Part shown: piece after piece, positions 1-8,946 of the stretch
How the letters are laid out: the number at the start of each line of letters is the position of its first letter
Numbering within the stretch: the stretch's first letter is position 1
Program-made: the position numbers and the translations under genes
DNA from: Myxococcota bacterium
GTDB lineage: Bacteria > Myxococcota_A > UBA9160 > SZUA-336
DNA: 64,000 nt
Direction of reading: 5' to 3'
Assembly (NCBI GenBank): GCA_965247115.1
Contig: CBDFGR010000003.1
Location: 512,001 to 576,000 of the forward strand
Notes under the pieces: model-generated
Database searches by the model: none
What the model was told of the DNA's origin: nothing
The model's input: only the letters and a program-made list of their open reading frames with translations

Positions 1-236
1 TGTTCGGCAAGGAGGTCATGCCGGAGTTCCACGAGCACGAAGAGGAACGCGAACGCCGCAAGCGGGACGAGCTCGCACCCTTCCTCGAGCAAGCCCTGGC
101 TCGCAAGCAATATCTGAAGCCGCTCGCGGACGACGAGATTCCGAAGGTGGTCGCCTTGGGGCGCGAGATCGTTCAAGAGCTTCCGAAGAGACAGGGCGCG
201 CTCAGCGTTCCCCTTCACGATCCCGCCGAGGGCTAG
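1..236 (+). CDS. C-terminal fragment of LLM-class (luciferase-like) flavin-dependent oxidoreductase, truncated by window edge
   Basis: Frame open from the edge: FGKEVMPEF...ELAPFLEQALARK, the typical LLM C-terminal helix; stop at 234-236. Confidence 0.6.
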   Translation, partial: FGKEVMPEFHEHEEERERRKRDELAPFLEQALARKQYLKPLADDEIPKVVALGREIVQELPKRQGALSVPLHDPAEG

Positions 237-1237
237 CCCTCGGCGGACGCGGCGAGCCTCGCGAGCTGATCGAGGCTAGCGCGCTCACCGATCACGACGA
301 GGTGATCGCCGGCTGCGACCGGCCTGTCGTCGGTGGGAACGAGCTCGATGTCTTCTTCGCCGCGCTTGAGAGCGACGACGCGCATGCGCGCGCTGGCCTG
401 CTCCAGATCTCCCACGTGTTGCCCCACGAGGCTGGAACGTTCCTCGACACGGATCTCCTCCAGATCCACCTCCGCGTGGGAGAGGGGCCGAGAGATCTCC
501 AGGAAGTCGACGACCGCGGGCCGCAGGATCGAGCTGGCGAGGCGCAGGCCGCCCAGCTGATAGGCAGAAATCACGTGGTCCGCGCCAGCCAGCCGGAGCC
601 TGCGCAGCGCGCTCTCGCTCTCGCCGCGTGCGTGGATGCGGATCTCCGGGTGGTGCTCGCGCGCTGACAGGGTGATGAAGACGTTGTCCGGATCCGAGCC
701 CGTGGCAACAACGATGGCGTTCGCGCGCACGATGCCCGCGTGCACGATCACGTCATCCGAGACCGCCGACCCGATCAAGTACGGAACCCCGAGCCGCGCC
801 AGCTCGTCGTCTTTGCTCCTGTCCTGCTCGATGATCACCTGGGACCTCCCCGCGCTCCGAAGCTCCTCGACGACGATGCGCCCCAGGCGCCCGTAGCCGC
901 AGATGATCACGTGCCCACTCAGCTGATCGATGTTCTTCTGCATAGCGTTCCTCGAGAAGAGATCGCGGAAGCGTCCCTCCAGCAATAGTGCGGCCGTCTG
1001 GCCGAGGAGATAGAAGACGAGACCGACGCCGCCTGCGATCAGGATTACGGTGAAGAGGCGACCCCCTCCGCTGAGCGGTCGGACCTCGCCGTAACCCACG
1101 GTGGAGATGGTGATGACCGTCATGTAGAGGGCCTCAGACCACGACATTCCCTCGACCAGGACGTAGCCCGCCGTGCCCGCGGCGGTGATCGCTGCCAGCC
1201 CGGCAAAGGGCGCGAACAGCCGCCGATACACGTTCAT
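233..1237 (-). CDS. Potassium channel with RCK (TrkA-N/TrkA-C) domains
   Basis: TISTVGYGE selectivity filter between two TM helices; IICGYGRLG Rossmann motif; C-terminal TrkA-C (AGDHLVVIG). Confidence 0.92.
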   Translation of the reverse strand: MNVYRRLFAPFAGLAAITAAGTAGYVLVEGMSWSEALYMTVITISTVGYGEVRPLSGGGRLFTVILIAGGVGLVFYLLGQTAALLLEGRFRDLFSRNAMQKNIDQLSGHVIICGYGRLGRIVVEELRSAGRSQVIIEQDRSKDDELARLGVPYLIGSAVSDDVIVHAGIVRANAIVVATGSDPDNVFITLSAREHHPEIRIHARGESESALRRLRLAGADHVISAYQLGGLRLASSILRPAVVDFLEISRPLSHAEVDLEEIRVEERSSLVGQHVGDLEQASARMRVVALKRGEEDIELVPTDDRPVAAGDHLVVIGERASLDQLARLAASAEG

Positions 1238-2382
1238 CGGTTCCCGACCAGGAGCTGGGCCCGTACGACACCGAGAAGCGCTTCACGGGTCACCGCGCCC
1301 ACCAGTCGATCGTCGGAGACCACCGGCAGCTGGTTCACGCCGAGCTCGACCATGCGCGAGAGTGCCACGTGGCCGCTGTCCTCGGGTGAGACCACGGCGA
1401 GCTGGTCGGCTCCAAGCATGACCCGCAGAACCGGAGTCGTGGCCCGCTCGGTCGGCGGCGTCTGCGCGAGCTCCCGCAGCGTGACGAGGCCCCGCAGCCG
1501 ACCAGCTGCGTCGACCACGAAGAACGTGCGTCGGCCCTGTCGAAGCACCATGCCCTCGAGCACCTCGGCCACGCTCTCGTCCCCCGAAAGCAGCGCCTCG
1601 GTGACCGGAACCAGCGTCTCGCGCACCCAGACCCGGGCCAGCGCACGCTGCATCGCCTCCTGTCCCACCGTGGCACGCGATGCACTCAGCAGGAACCAGC
1701 CGATCAGTACGAACCAGATGCCCCCGACGAGCTGGCCTCCCAGGACGGCGCTCAGCGCTCCCACTCCCATCAGGGTCCAGGCGAAGATCGCCCCACATGC
1801 GCCCGCGACGCGGGTCGCCCGCGTGAAGTCGCCCGAGATCGACCACAGGATGCCGCGCAGCACCCTGCCACCGTCCAGAGGGAAGCCGGGAACCACGTTG
1901 AAGGCCGCGAGCAACAGGTTGATGCGCCCGAGCCAGCCGAGCCCGCGACGGACGAGGCCCCCCTCCGCCCCAACCCCGGTTGCGAGGCCGAGGAAGAAGA
2001 GGCCGAGCAGCACGCTCACCAGCGGTCCCGCCACGGCCACGACGATCTCTTCCCGAGGCCGCTTGGCCTCCGAGCTCAGCTCCGCCACCCCACCGAACAG
2101 GAACAGGGTGATCGAGCGCACCCGAATGCCGAGACGCTGCGCCGTCAGGCTGTGGCCGAGCTCGTGAAGCAGGATGGATGCGAAGAACACCAGGCTCACG
2201 AGCGCCGCCGCGAACCAGGCATCGATCCCCAGCACGCCCTCACCCGCAGCGAACTGCTGGGCGAGCGAGAACGTGACGAGCGCAAAGATCAGCAGCCAGC
2301 TGTAATCGACCAAAAGCTCGATTCCGGCCACCGTTCCGAGCTGCCAGCCCGTGCGCCGAACCGTGCCGCCACCCTGCGCCAT
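1234..2382 (-). CDS. Site-2 protease (peptidase M50) with tandem CBS domains
   Basis: HELGH zinc motif, FNVVPGFPLDGGR motif, several TM segments, C-terminal CBS pair; 4-nt overlap with channel gene. Confidence 0.92.
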   Translation of the reverse strand: MAQGGGTVRRTGWQLGTVAGIELLVDYSWLLIFALVTFSLAQQFAAGEGVLGIDAWFAAALVSLVFFASILLHELGHSLTAQRLGIRVRSITLFLFGGVAELSSEAKRPREEIVVAVAGPLVSVLLGLFFLGLATGVGAEGGLVRRGLGWLGRINLLLAAFNVVPGFPLDGGRVLRGILWSISGDFTRATRVAGACGAIFAWTLMGVGALSAVLGGQLVGGIWFVLIGWFLLSASRATVGQEAMQRALARVWVRETLVPVTEALLSGDESVAEVLEGMVLRQGRRTFFVVDAAGRLRGLVTLRELAQTPPTERATTPVLRVMLGADQLAVVSPEDSGHVALSRMVELGVNQLPVVSDDRLVGAVTREALLGVVRAQLLVGNR

Positions 2383-2530
2383 GCCGACTCTTTAGCCACC
2401 CGGACCCCTTGTGCAAGCGGGGCGCGCTCGACGCGGGGGCAGCTGCTTGCCGAGCCGGAGGCCAGGGAGCGATACGCTGTAGTCATTATCACCCGGTTCG
2501 CGTAGGCTGGTCGCGGGGTTTGGAGGAACC

Positions 2531-2815
2531 GTGATCCAGTCAGCCGCGATCCTGCTGCTCGCCTCCCTGGCGGGCTCGCCTGCGGGAGAGATCGTTTGCG
2601 AGAGCCGGCGCGTGCCCGTGCTGTTCGCTGAGGGCGGGGCGCGAAAGCACTACGTCATGGAGGTCGAGACGCGCTGCTACCATCCGCCGCTCGGCCACCT
2701 GCAGCAGCTCAAGCTCGCGTGCGACCTCTTCCACAGCGCCTACGGAGCGGAAGAGGGCCAGGCCCGCTGCCAGGATCTGATCTCACGCTCCGGGCCACCC
2801 GAACTGGAGCGCTGA
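2531..2815 (+). CDS. Hypothetical small secreted protein
   Basis: GGAGG SD before GTG; hydrophobic signal-like N-terminus; 4 Cys. Confidence 0.55.
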   Translation: MIQSAAILLLASLAGSPAGEIVCESRRVPVLFAEGGARKHYVMEVETRCYHPPLGHLQQLKLACDLFHSAYGAEEGQARCQDLISRSGPPELER

Positions 2816-2858
2816 GCGACCGGCTATAGCGGGCTGCCGCTGCGCTACTTTTAGGCCC

Positions 2859-3767
2859 GTGGAAGAGCGTGACCTGTACAACGACCTCGGAGTGTCCCGG
2901 GATGCGTCCGAGGACGAGATCCGACGAACGTACCGCAAGCTCGCGCGGCGCTATCACCCCGACGTGAATCCGAACGACCCCAAGGCCGAGGAGCGCTTCA
3001 AGCAGATCGCGTTCGCGAACGAGGTTCTCTCCGACAAGGAGAAGCGCGGCCGCTACGACGAGTTCGGGATGCAGGGGCTCGGGGAGGGCTTCGACCCGGA
3101 GCATGCGCGCGAGTACATGCGCTGGTCCAGGGGCGCACGGCGCAGCCCGGACCACGACGCCTTCAGCTCCACGATGGATCTCGACGACCTGCTCTCCGGG
3201 CTGTTCGGCCGACGGCGCGGGCCGACTCCGGGTCGAGACGCGCACGCCCAGATTGCGGTCGACTTTCTCGACGCAGTGAACGGTACGGAGGTCCCACTTC
3301 AGCTCGAGGGCAAGACCCTGCGGGTGCGCATCCCACCCGGCTCCGACGACGAGACCCGTCTCCGGCTGGCCGGCAAGGGACTGCCGTCGCCCGACGGGGG
3401 CGGGCCCGGTGACCTGTACCTGACGCTCGAGGTCCGCCCCGATTCGAACTTCACGCGCTTCGGACCCGATCTCTCTCTTGAGGTTCCGGTCACCCTGCCC
3501 GAGCTGATGCTAGGCGCCGCGATCCAGGTTCCCACCCCCGACGGTCTCGTGACCCTGAAGGTCCCGGCGCACTCCGCGAGCGGCCAGAAGCTGCGCCTGG
3601 CCGGCAAGGGGGTCGCGCGGCGCGAGGGCGGGCGCGGCGACCTCTTCGTGACCTTGGTCGCGGTGCTTCCCGACGCCGACCAGCCCGAGTACGACGAGCT
3701 GGCGGAGCAGCTGCGTGCCCTGTACGGGGACCGAGACGTTCGCGCGCAGCTCAGGAGCAAGACGTGA
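2859..3767 (+). CDS. cbpA: Type II J-domain protein (CbpA/DnaJ-class, no zinc finger)
   Basis: J domain with HPD (YHPDVN), DnaJ C-terminal domain (GDLYL, GQKLRLAGKG); followed by cbpM-like gene. Confidence 0.85.
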   Translation: MEERDLYNDLGVSRDASEDEIRRTYRKLARRYHPDVNPNDPKAEERFKQIAFANEVLSDKEKRGRYDEFGMQGLGEGFDPEHAREYMRWSRGARRSPDHDAFSSTMDLDDLLSGLFGRRRGPTPGRDAHAQIAVDFLDAVNGTEVPLQLEGKTLRVRIPPGSDDETRLRLAGKGLPSPDGGGPGDLYLTLEVRPDSNFTRFGPDLSLEVPVTLPELMLGAAIQVPTPDGLVTLKVPAHSASGQKLRLAGKGVARREGGRGDLFVTLVAVLPDADQPEYDELAEQLRALYGDRDVRAQLRSKT

Positions 3768-4057
3768 GCTACTACACGCGCAAGCAGCTGCTGGAGTTTC
3801 TCGACACCGACGACGGCTTCATCACGTCGCTCCAGCAGGAGGAGATCATCGTCGTGGACTCGCCCGAAGAGGGTCTTGGCGAGTTCTCGGACCGTATGCT
3901 CGAGCGGGCGCGCGTGGCACAGAACCTGGTCCGCGATCTCGAGGTGAACATGGCGGGAGTCGCCGTCATCGTGCGCATGCGCGAGGAGATGGCCGAGCTG
4001 CGCCATCGCCTGGAGCAGCTGCTCGGCGAGGTCCGCAAGCACGAGGGCGGCTCGTAG
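3764..4057 (+). CDS. cbpM: Chaperone modulator CbpM (MerR-like)
   Basis: 97 aa, RARVAQNLVRDLEVNMAGVAVI motif plus C-terminal coiled coil; GTGA overlap with cbpA. Confidence 0.8.
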   Translation: MSYYTRKQLLEFLDTDDGFITSLQQEEIIVVDSPEEGLGEFSDRMLERARVAQNLVRDLEVNMAGVAVIVRMREEMAELRHRLEQLLGEVRKHEGGS

Positions 4058-4062
4058 CGCTC

Positions 4063-4671
4063 TTGCAGGCCACAAAGCTGCCAGCGGAGTTCCTGCGCCA
4101 CCTCGAGGTGCTCGAGCGGGCCTACCTCGCGGAGAGCGATCCGATCCGGGCGAGCGGCTTTGCCGGTGGCGCGCTGCGCTGGCGGCGGGAGCGAGAGCCG
4201 TTGCTCGACGCCGTGGAGGCGGACGGAGATCTGCTCGACGTGGGTTGTGCGAACGGGCACCTCGCGGAATGTCTCGTCGATTGGGCGCGCGAGCGAGGCC
4301 GGCTAATAACTCCTTACGGTGTAGACTACGGAGAGCGCCTGATCACGCTCGCCCGGAGGCGACTACCGCACTGGGCGTCACACTTCTATGTCGGCAATGC
4401 CTGGGACTGGGAGCCGCCGCAACGCTACGGCTACGTGTACACCCTGTACGACTGCGTGCCCCGTTCGCACCTCGCTCGCTACCTGCAGCGTCTGTCGACC
4501 GAGTTCGTCGAGCCCGCGGGTCGACTCATCCTTGGCGCGTACGGCAGCCGCTCGCGCGGTTTCGCCCCCCCCGACGTGCGCGCCGCTCTCGAGCAAGCGG
4601 GCCTACGAGTCGCCGGCTCGAGCACAGGAGGCGACCCCCCCATAGCCACCTTCGCCTGGACCAACGTGTAA
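4063..4671 (+). CDS. Class I SAM-dependent methyltransferase
   Basis: LLDVGCANG motif I, YGVD motif II; probable TTG start at 4063 just after cbpM (ORF-track start 3715 is overextended). Confidence 0.8.
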   Translation: MQATKLPAEFLRHLEVLERAYLAESDPIRASGFAGGALRWRREREPLLDAVEADGDLLDVGCANGHLAECLVDWARERGRLITPYGVDYGERLITLARRRLPHWASHFYVGNAWDWEPPQRYGYVYTLYDCVPRSHLARYLQRLSTEFVEPAGRLILGAYGSRSRGFAPPDVRAALEQAGLRVAGSSTGGDPPIATFAWTNV

Positions 4672-4720
4672 CTACCACCAACATACGCGATGACCCGCAC
4701 GCCATCGCAATCTACAAGGA

Positions 4721-4833
4721 GTCGGAGGTCGGGAACGTCCTCCAGCGGACTGTGGTAGCGGTTCCCGAGGCGTGCACCCCGCCCTGAACACGCAAGGAGC
4801 GGAGTCCGCCGGAGGACGTTCCCGACCTCCGAC
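4721..4833. repeat. 31-bp inverted repeat pair (REPIN/MITE-like), family C
   Basis: 4721-4751 GTCGGAGGTCGGGAACGTCCTCCAGCGGACT matches the reverse complement of 4803-4833 at 30/31; 51-nt spacer; between convergent genes. Confidence 0.85.
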
Positions 4834-4868
4834 GGCGTGGGTCCCAACGTCAAGGGGGCGGAGGGAGA

Positions 4869-6023
4869 TCAGCCGTCAAGCCCCATACGCCGAGCAATGA
4901 TCACCTTCATGATCTCGTTCGTCCCCGCATAGATCGACTGGACGGCGGCGTCTGCGTAATCCATCGAGATCGGGAACTCCTTCATAAAGCCGTAGCCCCC
5001 GTGAAGCTGCAAGCACTCGGAGGTGACGCGCTTCTGCAGGTCGCTGGCCCACCACTTGCCCATGCTCACCTCGGAGACGATTTCGTCGCCGCGCACGTGG
5101 GCGACGAGCAGGCGGTCGATGAAGGCCTGGCCGACCTCCACCTCCGTGGCCATCTCCGCCAGCTTGAACTGCGTGTTCTGGAAGCCGGCAATGGGTTTGC
5201 CGAAGGCCTTGCGCTCCTTTACGTACTGGACCGTATCGTCCAGCGCCCTACGGCAGGACGCGATCGAGCTCACGGCGATGCAGAGCCTCTCCTGTTGCAG
5301 GTTCTGCATGAGCTGGTAGAAGCCGCGACCTTCCTCTCCGCCAAGCAGGTTCTCGACGGGCACGCGACAGTCCTGGAAGAAGAGCTCGCTGGTGTCCTGG
5401 CCAACGAGCCCCAGCTTGTCGAGCCTGCGTCCGCGCACGAATCCGGGCGCGCTGGCTTCGACGAGCAGCAGGCTGATGCCGCGGTGGGGCGGGTCGGCCG
5501 CCGGTTCCGTCTTCGCGACGACCACGAACAGATCACCGAGCTGGCCGTTCGAGATGAAGGTCTTGGAGCCGTTGAGCACGTACTCGTCGCCCTCGCGGAT
5601 GGCCGTCGATTGTACGTTCGCGAGATCCGATCCGGTGGATGGCTCGGTCATCGCGATTCCCAGGATGATTTCGCCGGCGACAACGCCGGGGATGTACTTC
5701 TCTTTCTGCGCCTCCGTGCCGTAGGCCGTGATGTAGGGCAGACAGATGTCCGAATGCAGCGACATCATCAGGCCGTGGGCACGGTTGTACGCGAGCTCTT
5801 CCATGACGATCGCGTCGTAAATGAAGTCCGCCCCCGCGCCTCCGTACTCCTCCGGGGCATTCGCACCGAGGAAGCCCTCCTCTCCCATACGCTGCCAGGT
5901 CTGCCGGTCGCTGCTGCCCTGTGCGTTCCACTCCTCGATCCGCGGCAGGATCTCGGCCTCCGAAAAGCGCTTGAACTGGCTGCGGAAGAGCTCGTGCTCG
6001 TCGCTGAAGATGTCACGTCGCAT
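4869..6023 (-). CDS. Acyl-CoA dehydrogenase (long-chain type)
   Basis: AMTEPSTGSD, LNGSKTFISNG, ERKAFGKPI, QLHGGYGF, IYAGTNEIMK motifs; start MRRDIF at 6023. Confidence 0.93.
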   Translation of the reverse strand: MRRDIFSDEHELFRSQFKRFSEAEILPRIEEWNAQGSSDRQTWQRMGEEGFLGANAPEEYGGAGADFIYDAIVMEELAYNRAHGLMMSLHSDICLPYITAYGTEAQKEKYIPGVVAGEIILGIAMTEPSTGSDLANVQSTAIREGDEYVLNGSKTFISNGQLGDLFVVVAKTEPAADPPHRGISLLLVEASAPGFVRGRRLDKLGLVGQDTSELFFQDCRVPVENLLGGEEGRGFYQLMQNLQQERLCIAVSSIASCRRALDDTVQYVKERKAFGKPIAGFQNTQFKLAEMATEVEVGQAFIDRLLVAHVRGDEIVSEVSMGKWWASDLQKRVTSECLQLHGGYGFMKEFPISMDYADAAVQSIYAGTNEIMKVIIARRMGLDG

Positions 6024-6765
6024 GGTTTGGATTGTAGTCGCGGAGTGCTGGAGGGGCGAGATCCGGAGCTTCCAGCAGCTGCAGCGCGGCCTCGATAACC
6101 GCGTGTTGACGAAGCGGGTCCCCTGGAACGTCGAGCGGATAGCCGTGGTGGAATGGGACGACCAGCGACCTCGGGGGGCGTACGCGTTCGGCGACGCTGC
6201 GCAGTAGCTGGATGGCCACGCTCGCAATCCCCTGGCGCTCGAGCTCCGCAGCGACCAGGCCGACCGCCTGGTTGCACATCGGTCAGACCGGGACGAGCAA
6301 CGCGACGTCGACCGACTCGTCCAGGAGCCGACGCGCCGCCTGCGGCGCCGAGTCGCGTGTGAGCCGACCGGGAGCGGTGATGCTGCCCATGAAGGAGAGG
6401 TGGAACGGGCTCACGCCGGCGATGCGGCCGCGCTCCATGAGCTCCTGCACCCGTGCGATGGGGAACCCCAGGTTCGGATCGCAGGCCAGCCCGGCGTGAT
6501 CGAACAGCTCGCTGCGATGGGTCTCGACCAGGGCGGAAGGATCGGCGTCACTCGGAATCTCGCGAAAGCTCGGATCGCCGCCCCTGGCGGTCTCGTCGAA
6601 GGGAGCCTGTCCGGGCAGCACGAAGCCGGCACTCGATACCAGCGCGAGCCTGCACTCCGAGAGCGGCTTTGCGAGCCGGGTCCACGGAACGGGATCAATG
6701 CGGCGCCAGCGATAGGCGCGGAGAAAGAGTCTCCACCTGGCAGGAAACTCCCCGAGCTCACCCAC
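6013..6765 (-). CDS. Selenoprotein of the glycine/betaine/sarcosine/D-proline reductase selenoprotein B (GrdB/PrdB-like) family; Sec at TGA 6285-6283
   Basis: ORFs 6283..6765 and 6013..6279 are in one frame: ...LLVPV-TGA-PMCNQAVGLVAAELERQGI gives UxxC; family motifs RLALVSSAG, GDPSFREIP, DPNLGFPI, SFMG, RPPRSLVVPF..GYPL; AGGAGG SD before GTG. Confidence 0.88.
6254..6282 (-). promoter_or_regulatory. Bacterial SECIS-like hairpin
   Basis: Directly after UGA: CCGAUGUGCA-ACCAGGC-GGUCG-GCCUGGU; 7-bp stem, G/U-containing apical loop starting 17 nt after UGA. Confidence 0.8.
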
Positions 6766-6934
6766 GACGGCACCTCCTGGCTGAGCACACCTTTGCCCGC
6801 GGACCCGCCCGATTCAAGCGTGCGCACGCCGCGCGTAACGCGGCGTCGCCAGGGAGCTCGCTCAGGAGCTCCACGAAGGGCTTGACTCTGGAGCCCGGAC
6901 CGAATAATCATCTCCATAATCGAGAGATCCAAGA

Positions 6935-7417
6935 ATGTTCGACGATCGAGACGAGGCCATACTGTCGATCCTGCAGTCGGCCGCACGAACCCCGAATGCG
7001 GAGATCGCGCGGCGCCTGGGTATGGCCCCGTCTGCGATCCTGGAGCGCATTCGCAAGCTGGAGCGCGGGGGGACGATCCAGGCCTACCAGGCGCGTCTCG
7101 ACCCCGCAGCGGTAGGCCTGGGCGTCACCGCCTTTGCCTTCGTGACCGCGATCGAGCCCGTGAGCGAGATGAAATCGGGTGCCGCGCTGACCGCGATCCC
7201 AGAGGTCCAGGAGGTCCACTACATCGCCGGCGAGGACTGCTACCTGGTCAAGATCCGCGCTGCAAACAGCGAGGCGTTGGGGCGGCTCATCCGCGAGAAG
7301 ATCGGGACCATCCCGGGCATGCATCGCACTCGTTCGACAATCGTGCTGACGACGCTGAAGGAGACGTCGAACGTAACGCTCGGAAGCCTGCCGCTCCGAA
7401 AGCCACGGGAGTCCTAG
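6935..7417 (+). CDS. Lrp/AsnC family transcriptional regulator
   Basis: DDRDEAILSILQ..ARTPNAEIARRLG HTH; EVQEVHYIAGEDCYLVK RAM domain; divergent from the selenoprotein. Confidence 0.93.
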   Translation: MFDDRDEAILSILQSAARTPNAEIARRLGMAPSAILERIRKLERGGTIQAYQARLDPAAVGLGVTAFAFVTAIEPVSEMKSGAALTAIPEVQEVHYIAGEDCYLVKIRAANSEALGRLIREKIGTIPGMHRTRSTIVLTTLKETSNVTLGSLPLRKPRES

Positions 7418-7457
7418 CTCCGGAGGCGCCAGGTGTCGGATGCGATAGGATGCCGCG

Positions 7458-8642
7458 ATGCGGTGGGCCTCGACCCTGTCCGAACAACGTGAGTCCGAGG
7501 CGGCGGCGCTCGATGCGTCCGCCCGACTTCGCAGCGAGCTCGACGGCGATCCGGATCTCGCCATCGTCTTCGCATCGAGCCACCACGAGAGCTCCTACGA
7601 CAGCATCGCGAGCACCCTCACGCGGGAGCTCGGCGGGGCCATGCTGATCGGCTGCAGTGGCCACAGCGTGATCGGGGGAGGACGCGAGCTCGAGGCACAA
7701 CCCGGTCTGGCCCTCTCGGGAGCGACGCTGCCCGGTGTCGCGATTCACCCGTTCGGACTGGATGCCGAGGGGCTACCGCCTTTGCACACACCGGCCGCGT
7801 GGCACGAGCGGATCGGCGTCGACCCCGAAACGGAGCCCCACTTCCTGCTTCTAGCCGACCCGTTCGGGTTCGATGCCGAGCACTTCATCCGCGGCATGGA
7901 CCAGGCGTATCCCGCCAGCATCAAGGTCGGAGGCGTGGCAAGCGGTGGTCAGCAGCCAGGCCAGCACGCGCTCTGGCTCGGGGCGGAGACCCAGCGCTCG
8001 GGTCTCGTCGGCCTGGGCCTTTCGGGCAACCTGATCATCGATCCCGTCGTCGCCCAGGGCTGCCGCCCCGTCGGGACGCCAATGTTCGTAACGCATTGCC
8101 ATGACAACGTGCTGCAGCGCCTGGACGGCCAGCCTCCAGTAGAGCTGGTCGAAGAGCTGTTCGAGGCCGCGAGTGCCGCGGACCGGGAGCTCTTTCGGAG
8201 CTCGCTCTTCCTCGGCCTGGAGATGCAGTCTGACCAAGGCGAGTACAAGCAAGGCGACTTCCTGATCCGCAACATCATCGGCATCGACCCCGACGACGGC
8301 GCGCTCTCCATCGCCGCTCCACTTCGACAATCCCAGGTGGTGCAGTTCCACCTGCGCGACGCGAAGGCCTCCACCCTGGACCTGGAGCGATGCCTCAACC
8401 GGTACAGCAGCGACGTCGGGGCAAACAAGGCCCGCGGCGCCCTGCTCTTCTCCTGCCTCGGTCGCGGCGCCGGGCTGTACGGCACGCCAGACCACGACAG
8501 CCGCGCCTTCCGCTCACTGGTCAGTCAGGTCCCCCTGACAGGCTTCTTCTGCAACGGCGAGATCGGCCCCGTCCGCACGCAGACCTTCCTCCACGCCTAC
8601 ACCAGCGCCTTCGCCATCTTCCGAGAACGCGACGCTTCCTAG
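7458..8642 (+). CDS. FIST N/C domain signal-transduction protein
   Basis: GGVASGG, VAQGCRPVG, VQFHLRD, LLFSCLGRG, GFFCNGEIGP motifs. Confidence 0.9.
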   Translation: MRWASTLSEQRESEAAALDASARLRSELDGDPDLAIVFASSHHESSYDSIASTLTRELGGAMLIGCSGHSVIGGGRELEAQPGLALSGATLPGVAIHPFGLDAEGLPPLHTPAAWHERIGVDPETEPHFLLLADPFGFDAEHFIRGMDQAYPASIKVGGVASGGQQPGQHALWLGAETQRSGLVGLGLSGNLIIDPVVAQGCRPVGTPMFVTHCHDNVLQRLDGQPPVELVEELFEAASAADRELFRSSLFLGLEMQSDQGEYKQGDFLIRNIIGIDPDDGALSIAAPLRQSQVVQFHLRDAKASTLDLERCLNRYSSDVGANKARGALLFSCLGRGAGLYGTPDHDSRAFRSLVSQVPLTGFFCNGEIGPVRTQTFLHAYTSAFAIFRERDAS

Positions 8643-8670
8643 CGCTCGCCTTCCGAACCCCAACTCCGTA

Positions 8671-8825
8671 CCGAACTTAGGGACGGTCCTTAGTCCGAAC
8701 TTATTCCGCGTGAGACGACCGCTGCGACGCCTAGATGACCGAATGTGCCCAAGAGTCCGACCTCAGTGACCAGCGGTTCCGACGCCGGCAAACAAGTTCG
8801 GATTAAGGACCGTCCCCAAGTTCGG
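8671..8825. repeat. 32-bp inverted repeat pair, family B
   Basis: 8671-8702 CCGAACTTAGGGACGGTCCTTAGTCCGAACTT vs reverse complement of 8794-8825: 30/32; 91-nt spacer. Confidence 0.85.
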
Positions 8826-8851
8826 ATTCCGGTAGGCGGCTTGGCAACCAT

Positions 8852-8942
8852 GCAAGCGCCGCAGTAGCGGCGCGCGCAGCGAAGGGCGTAGCCCTGAGCG
8901 GAGGTGGGTGGCCGCGTGCCGCCCGCGGCCGGGTCCCACAAG
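8852..8942. repeat. Family A triple-hairpin palindromic repeat
   Basis: GCAAGCGCCGC...GCAGCGAAGGGC...GAGCG.AGGTGGGTGG...GGGTCCCACAAG, homologous to copies near 38.8, 42.1, 58.7 and 63.3 kb. Confidence 0.9.
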
Positions 8943-8946
8943 GCAG

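Noticed and set aside
6283..6285. Nonsense mutation/pseudogene reading of the split ORF
   Set aside because: The TGA falls exactly at the family's UxxC site and is followed by a SECIS-like hairpin, so recoding is more parsimonious
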